This document shows, piece by piece, positions 39,881 through 49,622 of a stretch of DNA of 64,000 bases. A program made the position numbers and the translations under genes. A model generated the notes under the pieces. It saw only the letters and a program-made list of their open reading frames with translations, made no database searches and was not told the DNA's origin. The first letter of the stretch is position 1. Each line of letters starts with the position of its first letter. Origin of the DNA: an uncultured Actinomycetes bacterium (lineage in GTDB: Bacteria; Actinomycetota; UBA4738; HRBIN12); the NCBI GenBank assembly GCA_963810635.1, contig CAWEOB010000003.1, forward strand, positions 44,736-108,735. Reading direction: 5' to 3'.

Positions 39881-39945
39881 CCGAAGGCTCGGTTTCCCGA
39901 GCCCTCCGGTCGGAGACCCTAGCCGCTCGATCGGAAGGCCGTCAA
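39881..39945 (-). promoter_or_regulatory. Promoter TTGACG-N18-TAGGGT plus 5'-UTR GAAA-tetraloop hairpin of the NlpC/P60 gene
   Basis: -35 at 39940-39945, -10 at 39916-39921, stem CCGGAGGGCTCGG-GAAA-CCGAGCCTTCGG. Confidence 0.65.
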
Positions 39946-40015
39946 ACACGATCCGAACAGGCGTTCGGAGAAGGCTCGTCGGTGCCGAGGCGTTCCTCGT
40001 GGTGGCCTGAGGGTC

Positions 40016-40048
40016 TCGGGGCGGGTCGCGAACCGCGACCCGCCCCGA
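40016..40048 (-). terminator. Strong hairpin downstream of tRNA-Pro
   Basis: TCGGGGCGGGTCGCG / CGCGACCCGCCCCGA 15-bp inverted repeat. Confidence 0.6.
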
Positions 40049-40057
40049 ACTCTCCGG

Positions 40058-40131
40058 TCGGGACGGCGGGATTCGAACCCGCGACCTCAGCGTCCCGAAC
40101 GCTGCGCGCTACCAAGCTGCGCTACGTCCCG
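40058..40131 (-). tRNA. tRNA-Pro(CGG)
   Basis: CGGGACG acceptor, AGCTTGGTAGC D-loop, CAGCG-TT-CGG-GA-CGCTG, GGTTCGAATCC. Confidence 0.96.
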
Positions 40132-40142
40132 GAAGGTGCAGT

Positions 40143-41036
40143 TTAGCGGGCCGACGGCGCGGCCTGCCCCGCGGGTCGCCTCGACAGCTCGAGGATGGTG
40201 ACCTCCGGCCGACAGCAGAACCGGAACGGTGCGAACTTGCTGGTCCCGAGGCCCGGTGAAGTGTGGAGGACGGCCGGTCCCATCTGGATCAAGCCCGAAG
40301 CCAGCCGTCGCGGCATGGAGCAGTTGGTCACCAGAGCGCCGGCGCCTGGGATCCGCACCTGACCGCCGTGCGTGTGCCCGGCGACCATGAGGTCGTACCC
40401 GAGCGCCGCGGTCTCCGGCGCGGAGTCCGGCGAATGCATCACCGCGAGCCCGAACCGCTCCGGCGCGCGACGAGGTGCGACCCGCAGGTCGTGCCAGCGG
40501 ATGTGCGCGTCGTCGAGACCGAGGAGCTCGACCGGAAGGCCGTCGATCCTCACCTCGTGCCGGGTGTTCGTCAGATCCTGCCAGCCGTCGTCACGGAGCT
40601 GCGCGATCAGATCTGCCGCTCGGCCACGGGTCGCGCGGCGGTGCTTCCGCCGCCGCCGGAAGTAGGCGAAGTAGTTCAGCGGCTTGGGCTCGAAGTGGTC
40701 GTTCGATCCCAGGACGAACCAGGAGGCGAGGCGACCACGAACGGCGCGCACGCCCTCGACGGCGGCTTCGACCGCGTCCGGCTCGGCCAGGAAGTCCCCC
40801 GTCACCACGGTGACGTCGGGCTGCGGGAGCGAGCGGAGGAAGCGGGCCTTCTTGGGGTCGCTCCGAACGAAGTGCAGGTCCGACAGGTGGAGTACCGTGA
40901 GGTTCGAAGGACCGTCGGGGGGCAGGAGCGCGAGCCGGTAGCGCACGACGCGGTACCAGGAGCGTTCCACGACGACGCCCCACACGACGCAGCACGCGCC
41001 GAGCCCGAGGACCGCGAGCGCGAGGGCGGGGAACAC
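40143..41036 (-). CDS. Metallophosphoesterase
   Basis: SDLH, TGD, GSND, HSPD, GHTHGGQ. Confidence 0.9.
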   Translation of the reverse strand: MFPALALAVLGLGACCVVWGVVVERSWYRVVRYRLALLPPDGPSNLTVLHLSDLHFVRSDPKKARFLRSLPQPDVTVVTGDFLAEPDAVEAAVEGVRAVRGRLASWFVLGSNDHFEPKPLNYFAYFRRRRKHRRATRGRAADLIAQLRDDGWQDLTNTRHEVRIDGLPVELLGLDDAHIRWHDLRVAPRRAPERFGLAVMHSPDSAPETAALGYDLMVAGHTHGGQVRIPGAGALVTNCSMPRRLASGLIQMGPAVLHTSPGLGTSKFAPFRFCCRPEVTILELSRRPAGQAAPSAR

Positions 41037-41053
41037 GGGAAGGGAGTCTACGG

Positions 41054-41510
41054 GTGGCCGGTTCGTTGAAAGAGCAGATCGCAGCCGACATCACGTCCTC
41101 GCTCAAAGGGGGCGACAAGCTCCGACTGAGCACCCTCCGGATGCTGTCGGCCAGCGTCACGAACCGCGAGAAGGACGTCCTGCACCCGCTCTCCGACGAC
41201 GAGGTCCGTCAGGTGGCGGGTGAGGAGATGAAGAAGCGGAGCCAAGCGATCCAAGCGTACGAGGGAGCCGGCCGGCAGGAGCTGGCGGACAAGGAGCGCG
41301 CCGAGCGTGAGGTGTTGAAGGAGTACGCACCCGCGCCACTGTCCGACGAGGCCGTCGATGCCCTCGTCGAGGAGGCGATCGCTGCCACCGGGGCTACCTC
41401 CATGAAGGACATGGGTGCCGTCATGGGCTCCGTGATGGCGAAGGCGAAGGGCGCCGTCGACGGCGGTGTCGTCCAGCGGAAGGTGCGTGCCCGGCTGGGC
41501 GGGTCGATCA
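41054..41510 (+). CDS. GatB/YqeY domain protein; natural stop probably lost to an indel near 41505
   Basis: SLKEQI...RLSTLRML...YEGAGR...KDMGAVMG...VRARLG. Confidence 0.85.
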
Positions 41511-43967
41511 GTGGTCGGGTGAGGGTGTGGCCGTCGGGGTCGGGCTCTGGGGCGACGGGTCGGTGCCGACGACGAGCGTGACGGTGGATCCTTCGAGCAC
41601 CACGGAGCCTGCGCCGGGCTCGGAGCTCAGCACGATCCCGCGCAGAGCCTCGTCGTGCACCTTCTTCTCGGTGACGGCGACGAACAGATGGAGCGCGCCG
41701 AGTCGCGCCGTCGCTTCCTCCAGGGTCAGCCCCTCCAGGACCGGGACGGTGACCTCGGAAGCGACGCCATTGCTGATCGAGATCGTGACGGTGGCACCGC
41801 TGACGGTCTGCGCGCCCGCCCCGGGATCCTGCTCCGCGACCGTGCCCGCCGTCCGATAGGAGTCCACCACCTGCGAACGTGCCCGGAGCCCGACCGCCCT
41901 GAGCGCTGTGCGGGCCTCATCCTCGGTCATGCCGATGAGGTAGGGGACGCTCACGAGTTCGGCCTCGTGGAAATCGAGCGGCGGCATCCCTTCGAGCACC
42001 TGGAGCATGTACGCCTTCCAGATCGGCGCCGCAACGGTGCTGCCGAACACATCGGACCCGAAGAACTCGCTCAAGGGGTAGGGCTCCCCTTGCGAGCCGA
42101 CCCAAACCGCGGTCACGAGCTGGCGCGTGTAGCCCACGAACCAGACGTTGGTGTTGGTGTCGGCCGTGCCGGTCTTCCCCGCGATCGGCCAGGGACCCCA
42201 GCCGCTCGAGAAGACCGAGGCGGCGGTCCCATGGTCCACGACACCTTCGAGCATCGTGGTGATGAGGTCGGCGTTGGCACTGCTGATCGCCCGCTCGCAC
42301 TGGGGGCGCTGTCGGAAGAGGATCTGCTCACCCCGGTAGATCTCCGAGACGGCGTACGGTTCGCAGTGCACGCCGCTGTTGGCGAGCGTCTGGTAGCCGG
42401 ACGCCTGATCGAGCGGGCTGATCCCCACGGACCCTGTGGCGAGCGAGCACACCGGGACGAGCGGGCTCTTCACGCCCATCCGCTGAGCGACGTCGACGGT
42501 GCGCTCGAGTCCGGCATCGAGGATGAGCCGGGCGAACACGGCATTGACCGACTCGGCCGTGGCGTCGTAGAGGTTCATGTTGCCTCGGCTCGAACCCTCG
42601 GCGTTGATGACGTTCCACGGTTCCCCATCCGTCTGGCAGCGCTCGTCGTCGATGATGCCCTGGACCCCGGAGTAGGTTGCCGACGGGGGGATGCCACTCT
42701 CGAAGGCTGCCGCGAGCACATAGGGTTTGAACGACGATCCCGGTTGATGGGCGGTCGTGACCGTATCGACCTTGTCTTCCTCGTAGTCCTTGCCCGACAG
42801 CATCGTCACGATCGCGCCGGTGTCGACATCCATGGAGACCAGCCCCACGTCGGCGGGCGGGTCGTGGTTCGGATACAGGGGTGTGCGGGCCCACGGCAGG
42901 TTGGCGGCTCGCTCGGCCGCGTCGAGCCCGGCGGGGTCGAGCGTGGTGATGATGTCGAGTCCGCCACGGGCGAGGGATCGCTTCCGCTCTTTCGGCGTCT
43001 CGCCGAGCACGGTGTACCAACCGTTCGGATCGCCGACGATCTGCTCGCGGACGTAGTCGACGAGGAACGGCGGTGTCGGCAGGGTCCGCTTCCCGACGTT
43101 CTCGGGGAGACCGAGCGGGAGTTGCTTGATCCGCTGACCCCGCTCTTCGCTGAGCCAGCTCGGTCCCAGAGCGATCATCCGGTTGAGCACGTCGTTGCGA
43201 CGGAGCTTCGCCTTGCCGGGCCGTTCGAGTGGGTCGTAGTACGCCGGCGCTCGGATGAGCCCGGCCAGCAGCGCGCCCTCCCGCAGGGTCAACTCGGATG
43301 CCGGCTTGTGGAAGTAGAACTCCGACGCGGTCCCGATCCCGTAGACGTTGTTCCCGTAGAAGACGTAGTTGAGGTACATCTCCAGGATCCGGTCCTTCGA
43401 GTACCGCCGTTCCACCTGGATCGCGAGCGCCGCCTCCTGGAACTTGCGTTCGAAGCTCAGGTCGTTCGGGTCCAGCCCCAAGGTCTGCTTCACGAGCTGC
43501 TGCGTGATCGTGGAACCACCCTGCGTGACCGTGCCGGCCTTCACGTTCTCCACCATCGCGCGGAAGATCGACGCCAGGTTGAGCGCACCATGGTCGTAGA
43601 ACCCCGAGTCCTCGATCGCCAGCACCGCCTTGCGTGCCGGGACGCTGATGTCCTCGAGCCGGACAATCTCGCGGTTGTCTAGGTAGATCCGCGCCAGCAC
43701 GGTGGTGCCGTCGTTCGCATAGATCGTGGAACGCTGCGGGAACTGAGGGATCCTGGTGAAGTCGGCGCCCACGGCGTCCAGGCGCCGTTCCAGCTCCTTG
43801 ACACCCATGCCGGCACCGATGAACGGGGGGGCGATCACGACGGCCGTCAGGCCGGCGGTGGCCACGACGACCGTCACGAGCAACACGACCGCAACCGGTT
43901 TGAAGGACCAGCGGTCGGTGACAGGGCCGCGCGGGGCCCGCGGGGAAGCGCCGTTGCCGCGTGCCAT
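41508..43967 (-). CDS. Class A penicillin-binding protein (PonA2-like) with two PASTA domains
   Basis: AIEDSGF, GGSTITQQ, RKFQE; SSFK, SVN, KTG; C-terminal PASTA repeats. Confidence 0.95.
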   Translation of the reverse strand: MARGNGASPRAPRGPVTDRWSFKPVAVVLLVTVVVATAGLTAVVIAPPFIGAGMGVKELERRLDAVGADFTRIPQFPQRSTIYANDGTTVLARIYLDNREIVRLEDISVPARKAVLAIEDSGFYDHGALNLASIFRAMVENVKAGTVTQGGSTITQQLVKQTLGLDPNDLSFERKFQEAALAIQVERRYSKDRILEMYLNYVFYGNNVYGIGTASEFYFHKPASELTLREGALLAGLIRAPAYYDPLERPGKAKLRRNDVLNRMIALGPSWLSEERGQRIKQLPLGLPENVGKRTLPTPPFLVDYVREQIVGDPNGWYTVLGETPKERKRSLARGGLDIITTLDPAGLDAAERAANLPWARTPLYPNHDPPADVGLVSMDVDTGAIVTMLSGKDYEEDKVDTVTTAHQPGSSFKPYVLAAAFESGIPPSATYSGVQGIIDDERCQTDGEPWNVINAEGSSRGNMNLYDATAESVNAVFARLILDAGLERTVDVAQRMGVKSPLVPVCSLATGSVGISPLDQASGYQTLANSGVHCEPYAVSEIYRGEQILFRQRPQCERAISSANADLITTMLEGVVDHGTAASVFSSGWGPWPIAGKTGTADTNTNVWFVGYTRQLVTAVWVGSQGEPYPLSEFFGSDVFGSTVAAPIWKAYMLQVLEGMPPLDFHEAELVSVPYLIGMTEDEARTALRAVGLRARSQVVDSYRTAGTVAEQDPGAGAQTVSGATVTISISNGVASEVTVPVLEGLTLEEATARLGALHLFVAVTEKKVHDEALRGIVLSSEPGAGSVVLEGSTVTLVVGTDPSPQSPTPTATPSPDH

Positions 43968-44016
43968 GGGTGTGGCCAGCAGGATACCCCGAGGCCGCTC
44001 GGTAGCATGGTCGGCG

Positions 44017-45384
44017 ATGCGTCGTCACCTCCTCCGTCTCCTCTTCGCCGGGTCGCTCATCGTCCTGGTATGGCCGGCGGTCGCGCTCGCCCGAACGACG
44101 CCGGCCGGCACGACTCCCCCGATCGACGTGATCAAGGTGGAAGGGGCCATCGACGGTCCGTTGCTCGGCTTCCTGAACGATCGCCTCGACGCGGCGGTCG
44201 CTTCGGGTTCGGTGGTGGTGCTGCAACTCGACACGTCGGGAACGTTGGATCAGAACGCCGTGGAGCTCGCGGACCGCGTGGCGGCGCTCCCCGTCCCGGT
44301 CCTGACCTGGATCGGACCGGTGCCCGCCCGTGCCAGCGGCGCCGGGCTCCTGTTGATGTACGCCTCGTCGGTCGCGGGCGTGTCGCCGGGCTCGCAGACC
44401 GGTCCGCTCGAGCCGCTCGATCTGTTGCATCCCGATCGGACCGACCCCGCCCTCGACGCGTTGGTCGACGGCTGGTTGGCCGCGCGTGGGCACGACGTTG
44501 ATCGCTCGCTCGAGAACGACGCGCTCACCGCGCAGCGAGCCTTGGACGGAGGCTTCGCTCAGGTTGCGGCGACGTCGGTGCTCGACTTCCTCGACGAGGT
44601 CGACGGGATGGAGGTCAGCGTCCCGGAGGGAACCGTGGTCCTGGACACGAGGATCGTCGACGCCGGAGGGGTGGATCCGAGTGAGGTCGACACGCTCCGC
44701 TTCAACGAGCCGGGTCCGGTGAAGCGGCTCCAGCACGCGGTGGCCACGCCCACGATGGTGTACGTCCTCCTGGTGATCGGCCTCGCTTGTCTCGCGTTCG
44801 AGCTCACCCAGCCGGGCTTCGGGTTCGCCGGGTTCGCCGGGGTCGGCCTGCTCATCCTGGGGGTCTACGGGATCATCATCGTTCCGCCCTGGTGGCTGGG
44901 TCTGCTCGTCCTGCTCGGCTCGATCGGCCTCCTGGTCGCCGACGTGCAGCTGCGACGCTTCGGCATCCTCACAGCCCTCGGGCTCGTCACGTTCGTGGTG
45001 GGCTCCTTCCTCCTCTACCGGGGTGTGGCGGATGCCATCGCGATCTCCCCCTGGCTGATCGGCGGGATGACCGTGGCCTCCTTCCTGTACTACGGTTTCG
45101 GCCTGACCGTCGCGATCCAGTCCCGCGACCGGATCGTGAGCACCCAGCGGGGGCTGATCGGGCTCTTGGGCGAGGCCCGCGGCAGGCTCGCTCCCGACGG
45201 GCCCGTCTACGTGAAGGGCGCCCTCTGGCGCGGCCGATCGGTGGGCGAGCCCATCGACCCGGGATCCATGGTGCGCGTACGAGGCGTGGACGGCCTGATC
45301 TTGCAGGTGGAGCAGGCGGGGTCCGGCCCGCCGGCGGGGCCCGTCGACCAGCCCTCGTTCCCGGGTCCTTCCTCCGGCGACTGA
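44017..45384 (+). CDS. NfeD-like membrane protein (ClpP-like domain, TMs, OB fold)
   Basis: IKVEGAID, LDTSG, FELTQPGFG, GPVYVKGALWRG; TAGCAT 8 nt upstream. Confidence 0.85.
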   Translation: MRRHLLRLLFAGSLIVLVWPAVALARTTPAGTTPPIDVIKVEGAIDGPLLGFLNDRLDAAVASGSVVVLQLDTSGTLDQNAVELADRVAALPVPVLTWIGPVPARASGAGLLLMYASSVAGVSPGSQTGPLEPLDLLHPDRTDPALDALVDGWLAARGHDVDRSLENDALTAQRALDGGFAQVAATSVLDFLDEVDGMEVSVPEGTVVLDTRIVDAGGVDPSEVDTLRFNEPGPVKRLQHAVATPTMVYVLLVIGLACLAFELTQPGFGFAGFAGVGLLILGVYGIIIVPPWWLGLLVLLGSIGLLVADVQLRRFGILTALGLVTFVVGSFLLYRGVADAIAISPWLIGGMTVASFLYYGFGLTVAIQSRDRIVSTQRGLIGLLGEARGRLAPDGPVYVKGALWRGRSVGEPIDPGSMVRVRGVDGLILQVEQAGSGPPAGPVDQPSFPGPSSGD

Positions 45385-45481
45385 CCTCCAGGACCGACCC
45401 ACCTGCGGGCGTGTGGAGTTCGCGTGTCGTGGCGACCGAAGCGAACCCTCGAGGCCCCTTTTCCCGAATCACCCGGTAGGG

Positions 45482-45760
45482 ATGAACGTCGCGACCGAGG
45501 ACTGGTGGGCCGGCGCCGCGTGCCGGGAACAGGATGCTTCGTCGTTCTTCGCTCCCGCGTACTTCGAGAAGCGCGCGGAGAAGGCAGCGAGGGAGGCCGT
45601 GGCGAAGGGGTTCTGCCGGCAGTGCCCCGTGATCGAAGCCTGTCTGGAGTTCGCCCTGCGGATGCGCGATCCCCACGGGGTCTGGGGCGGACTGAACGAG
45701 ATGGAGCGCCGCCGTCTGGTCCGCGTCCGCGCGGGCGAGCTCGAGCCGCGCGCCAGCTGA
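45482..45760 (+). CDS. WhiB-family Fe-S regulator (WhiB4-like position)
   Basis: WWAGAAC...AKGFCRQCPVIEAC...HGVWGGLNEMER. Confidence 0.93.
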   Translation: MNVATEDWWAGAACREQDASSFFAPAYFEKRAEKAAREAVAKGFCRQCPVIEACLEFALRMRDPHGVWGGLNEMERRRLVRVRAGELEPRAS

Positions 45761-45812
45761 TCGACCCATCCATCCGGCGGCTCGGTCCGCCCGGGCGTGG
45801 CAGGATACGCCG

Positions 45813-46289
45813 ATGGATGACGCCGCGATCCTCGCTCGATTGGCCGAGCTCGGTCTCGAGCTCCCACCACCACCGGCCGCGTTCGCCACGTACGTTCCGT
45901 GCGTGGTCCACGGCGGCTTGGCGTTCGTCGCAGGTCAGGTCCCCAACGTCGACGGCACGATCGTGCACGCCGGGCGCTTGGGGGAGCACATCGATGTGGC
46001 CGAGGGCGCCGACGGCGCCAGGCGCGCCGCGCTCCAGGCCCTGTCGGCGTTGCGGCACGCGCTGGGCGACACACTCGCGCCCCTCGAGCGGATCCTCCAG
46101 GTCACCGTCTACATGACGGCGGTCGAAGGCTTCATCGAGCACCCGAAGGTCGCGAACGGAGCCAGCGAGCTCCTCATCGAGGTCCTCGGCGATGCGGGCC
46201 GTCACGCCCGCGTCGCGGTCGGCGTCGCCTCCCTGCCGCTCGGTGGGAGCGTGGAGCTCGCGCTCACCGCCGCGGTCAGCTCGGGCTGA
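45813..46289 (+). CDS. RidA/YjgF family protein
   Basis: YVP, AGQVP, VANGASE, HARVAVG, SVEL. Confidence 0.92.
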   Translation: MDDAAILARLAELGLELPPPPAAFATYVPCVVHGGLAFVAGQVPNVDGTIVHAGRLGEHIDVAEGADGARRAALQALSALRHALGDTLAPLERILQVTVYMTAVEGFIEHPKVANGASELLIEVLGDAGRHARVAVGVASLPLGGSVELALTAAVSSG

Positions 46290-46320
46290 CACACCGCCTC
46301 GCGACCCACACGCCCGTCGG

Positions 46321-48144
46321 TCAGCGTGGGAAGCGGAGGTCACCGCGCCGCAGCGTCAGCCCCTGGCGGTCCATCCACTCCACGAGGGGAACGGCGAACC
46401 TCCGGCTGGTACCCAGCTCGCTGCGCAGAGCGCTCACGGTGATCCCCGTGTCGGCGTGCGCACGGACGACCGTGAGCGCCCGGTCGACGAGGGCCGGCGC
46501 GACGACCAGGTCGGGCGCGATCCGCGTCACCGCGCCGGCCCTCGAGGCCGCGTCGAGGACGTCGCGAGGGATGCCGGCGGCGAGGAGCTCGTTGATGGTG
46601 GGCGGCGACGCCTCGTGCTCACCCGAGATCGCCGTGAGGAGACGCTCGAGATCCTCGGACCGCGCGTCCAGCGAGACCCGGTGGGTGTCGAGACGCACGG
46701 TGGTCGCCGTGCGGATGGTGCCGGGTGTCGATGCCAGGAGCTCGTCCACCAGCGACGCGTCGGTGGGTGCGCGAGCCGCGCGGAGCGCCAACCTGATGGC
46801 CGACCGGGCCTCGTCCAGCGGCGACCCGTCCTCCAGCGGGTGTCGTGCATGGTGGTCATGCAGCATCTCGGTGAGCGCGTCGGCGGCACGGTCGCGGATG
46901 GCGGCCGCCACGCACCAGTCGCCGATCCGCAGGTCGTCGGGCGCCGCAGCCCCGACGACGGGGACCACCTCGGAGGCGAGGATCGCTCCGCGCTCCTCGA
47001 CCAGCACGGTGGGAAGCTCGGCCCGACCGGTCGCGGCGCGGCGCCGGAGCGCCGCCAGCCGCTCCTCGCTCCCGAAACGGCGCGGCGGCGCCACATCGAG
47101 CACCACGCCGCCCCCGACCGTGGCCCGGCGTCCCGCCTCCCGCAGCACGAATCGATCGCCCACGTCGAGGACCAGCGGATCGGACGACGTGATGCGCGCG
47201 AAGAGCTCGCCGCCGTCGCTCGCGAGCCGGACCTTCGCATCGACCTCGGCCGCACCCACGTGCACCTTGTAGGCGCCACGGGCCGGGATCGAGTCGAGCC
47301 CCCGCACGGGTCGGACGGATCCTTCGAAGACGGTCGTCGGCCGCCAGGCCCCCGGGCGCCCGAGGACCTCGCCACGGCTGAACCGGCGTCGCTCCACGCC
47401 GACGAGGTTGGCCGCCACGCGCGTCACCGGGCACGCCGTGTCCTCCGCATGCCGGTGCGTCTGCAAGCCCCGGATCCTGGCCCGAACGCCGGACGGCAGC
47501 AGCTCCACGTCGTCGTCCACCCGCAGGCATCCGCCCGTGAGGGTTCCGGTGATCACCGTGCCGGCGCCCTTGATGGTGAAGATCCGGTCGACGAACAGCC
47601 GCGTCCGGGCGTCCACCGGCACGGGTGCCCGCGCCACCATCGCGTCGAGCGCGGCGGTGAGCTCGTCGAGCCCCGCTCCGGTCGTCGCGGAGACCGCGAC
47701 CACCGGGCTCCCCTCGAGCGCGGTCCCCTTCACGTTCTCGCGGACCTCGTCCTCCGCAATCGCGAGCGTCTCCGCGTCGACGAGGTCGCGCTTGGTGAGG
47801 GCGATCACGCCTCCCGAGACGCCGAGCACGTTGAGGATCTGGAGGTGCTCCTCGGACTGTGGGCGCCACCCTTCATCGGCTGCCACCACGAACAGGACGA
47901 GTCGCACCGGGCCGACGCCGGCCAGCATGTTGCCGATGAACCGTTCGTGGCCCGGGACGTCGACGAAGCCGACCTCGCGGCCCGAGGGGAGGGTGCACCA
48001 GGCGTACCCGAGGTCGATGGTGAGGCCCCGGCGCTTCTCTTCCTCCCAGCGATCCGGGTCGATGCCCGTGAGCCGGACGATCAGCGACGACTTGCCGTGG
48101 TCGACGTGGCCCGCCGTGGCGACGACCCGGAGCTCCGCCGCCAC
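46321..48144 (-). CDS. selB: Selenocysteine-specific elongation factor
   Basis: TAGHVDHGKS, EEKRRGLTIDLGYA, DVPGHE, TKRD, C-terminal winged helix SRRFAVP. Confidence 0.96.
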   Translation of the reverse strand: MAAELRVVATAGHVDHGKSSLIVRLTGIDPDRWEEEKRRGLTIDLGYAWCTLPSGREVGFVDVPGHERFIGNMLAGVGPVRLVLFVVAADEGWRPQSEEHLQILNVLGVSGGVIALTKRDLVDAETLAIAEDEVRENVKGTALEGSPVVAVSATTGAGLDELTAALDAMVARAPVPVDARTRLFVDRIFTIKGAGTVITGTLTGGCLRVDDDVELLPSGVRARIRGLQTHRHAEDTACPVTRVAANLVGVERRRFSRGEVLGRPGAWRPTTVFEGSVRPVRGLDSIPARGAYKVHVGAAEVDAKVRLASDGGELFARITSSDPLVLDVGDRFVLREAGRRATVGGGVVLDVAPPRRFGSEERLAALRRRAATGRAELPTVLVEERGAILASEVVPVVGAAAPDDLRIGDWCVAAAIRDRAADALTEMLHDHHARHPLEDGSPLDEARSAIRLALRAARAPTDASLVDELLASTPGTIRTATTVRLDTHRVSLDARSEDLERLLTAISGEHEASPPTINELLAAGIPRDVLDAASRAGAVTRIAPDLVVAPALVDRALTVVRAHADTGITVSALRSELGTSRRFAVPLVEWMDRQGLTLRRGDLRFPR

Positions 48145-48147
48145 GGG

Positions 48148-49531
48148 TCAGCTCTCGTCGTCGAGGTCGTCGCCCTCCAGCGCGTACTGGACCGCGCGCG
48201 CCAGGTCGCGGACCTGCCCGTCCGTCACCGTTCGGACATCGAGGAGCACGTGATCCTCCGCGACGCGGCAGAACACCGAGAGCCCGCCGCCCGACCGGAG
48301 ACGGCCGGCGAAGGCGGGAGGATCCGGGACGCTCACGCGGACGCCCCACGAGGGGAGCGTCATCCCAGGAAGTGCGCCACCGCCGACGACCGATGCGCAA
48401 TGGACCACATGGGCTCCCTCGAGATCGCCGTCGAGCGCCTCGCACAGCCGATGGGCCCGCTTCGCGAGCGCCTCGACCGGCTCGTGGATCATCCGATGGA
48501 CCGGGATCTCGCTGTGCTTCCCCGTGGCGTAGAGCATCAATGTGGCCTCGAGGGCCGCCACCTGGAGCTTGTCGACGCGGACGGCCCGGGCGACCGGATG
48601 GAGGCGGAGCTTCGCCAACAGGTCGGCACGTCCCACGATGCACCCGGCTTGCGGACCGCCGAGCAACTTGTCGCCGCTGAACGTCACGACGTGGGCCCCT
48701 TCGTCGAGCGCGCCGCGCACGTTGGGCTCGTCACCGGAGAGGCCTCGCTCGGCATCGAGGAGTCCGGAGCCGACGTCGTAGAGCAAGGGAACGCCTTTCG
48801 AGGTGGCGAGTGCCGCCAGCTCGGGAGCACCGGCCTCGGCGGTGAAGCCGACGACCCGGTAGTTCGATGGGTGGACCTTGAGGATCGCCGCGGTCCGGTC
48901 GTCGAACGCCTTGCGGTAGTCCGCGAGGCGGGTCCGGTTGGTGGTCCCGACCTCGACCAGCTTGGCGCCGGCCGCCGCCATGATGTCGGGGATCCTGAAC
49001 TCGCCGCCGATCTCGATCAACTCGCCCCGGGACACCAGGACGGGCTTGCCCTTCGCGAGGGCTGCGAGCGCCAGCAAGAGTGCCGCGGCGCAGTTGTTCA
49101 CGACGAGGGCGTCCTCGGCGCCCGTGAGGGCGGCGAGGATGGCCTCCGCTCGAGCGCCGCGCTTGCCTCGGCGCCCGGTCTCCCGGTCCACCTCGAGGTC
49201 GGTGTACCCGGGCGCCGCTCGCGAGACGGCGCGGAGCGCCGCCTCCGCGAGCGGCGCCCTCCCCAGGTTCGTGTGCAGGATGACCCCGGTGGCGTTGATC
49301 ACCGGGGTGAGACCGAACGCCACCACACGGGCACGGCTCACGGCCGTCGCGAGGATACTCGTCGGCGATGGGCGGCTCGATGCCCTCGGCCGCCGCCTTC
49401 CGCACCTCGCCCAGCACGCGGTCGAGCTCGCGCTTCAGGAGCGCCCGGCCCACAACCGCTGCGGCCCGCTTGCCGGGCCCCGAACGGAGCAGCGTGTCCA
49501 ACGAGGGGACCTTCCGCCGAGCGTCGGTCAT
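48148..49531 (-). CDS. selA: L-seryl-tRNA(Sec) selenium transferase; frameshift near 49355
   Basis: PVINATGVILHTNLGRAPL, VNNCAAA, SRGELIEIGG, EVGTTN, FSGDKLLGGPQAG; TACACT 7 nt upstream. Confidence 0.95.
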
Positions 49532-49622
49532 GACCGTGAGTGTAGGTTCCGGCGCAACCGCTGGGTTCCGGTCGGCGAACAACTCCCCGTAGGATTGCCC
49601 GATCCGAGCCCGCGGAGGTCCG

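Noticed and set aside
39860-40050. c-di-AMP (ydaO) riboswitch upstream of NlpC/P60
   Set aside because: Conserved ydaO blocks are absent and the predicted leader is only about 55 nt
41500-41581. YqeY C-terminal extension overlapping PBP1a by 74 nt
   Set aside because: Removing one base at GGGT(C)GA restores a TGA at the expected end; probably an insertion error
49545-49571. GGTTCCGG direct repeat between selA and the ABC operon as an operator or SECIS-like element
   Set aside because: Only 8 bp, two copies, GC-rich; selA appears leaderless, so the repeat lies outside its mRNA
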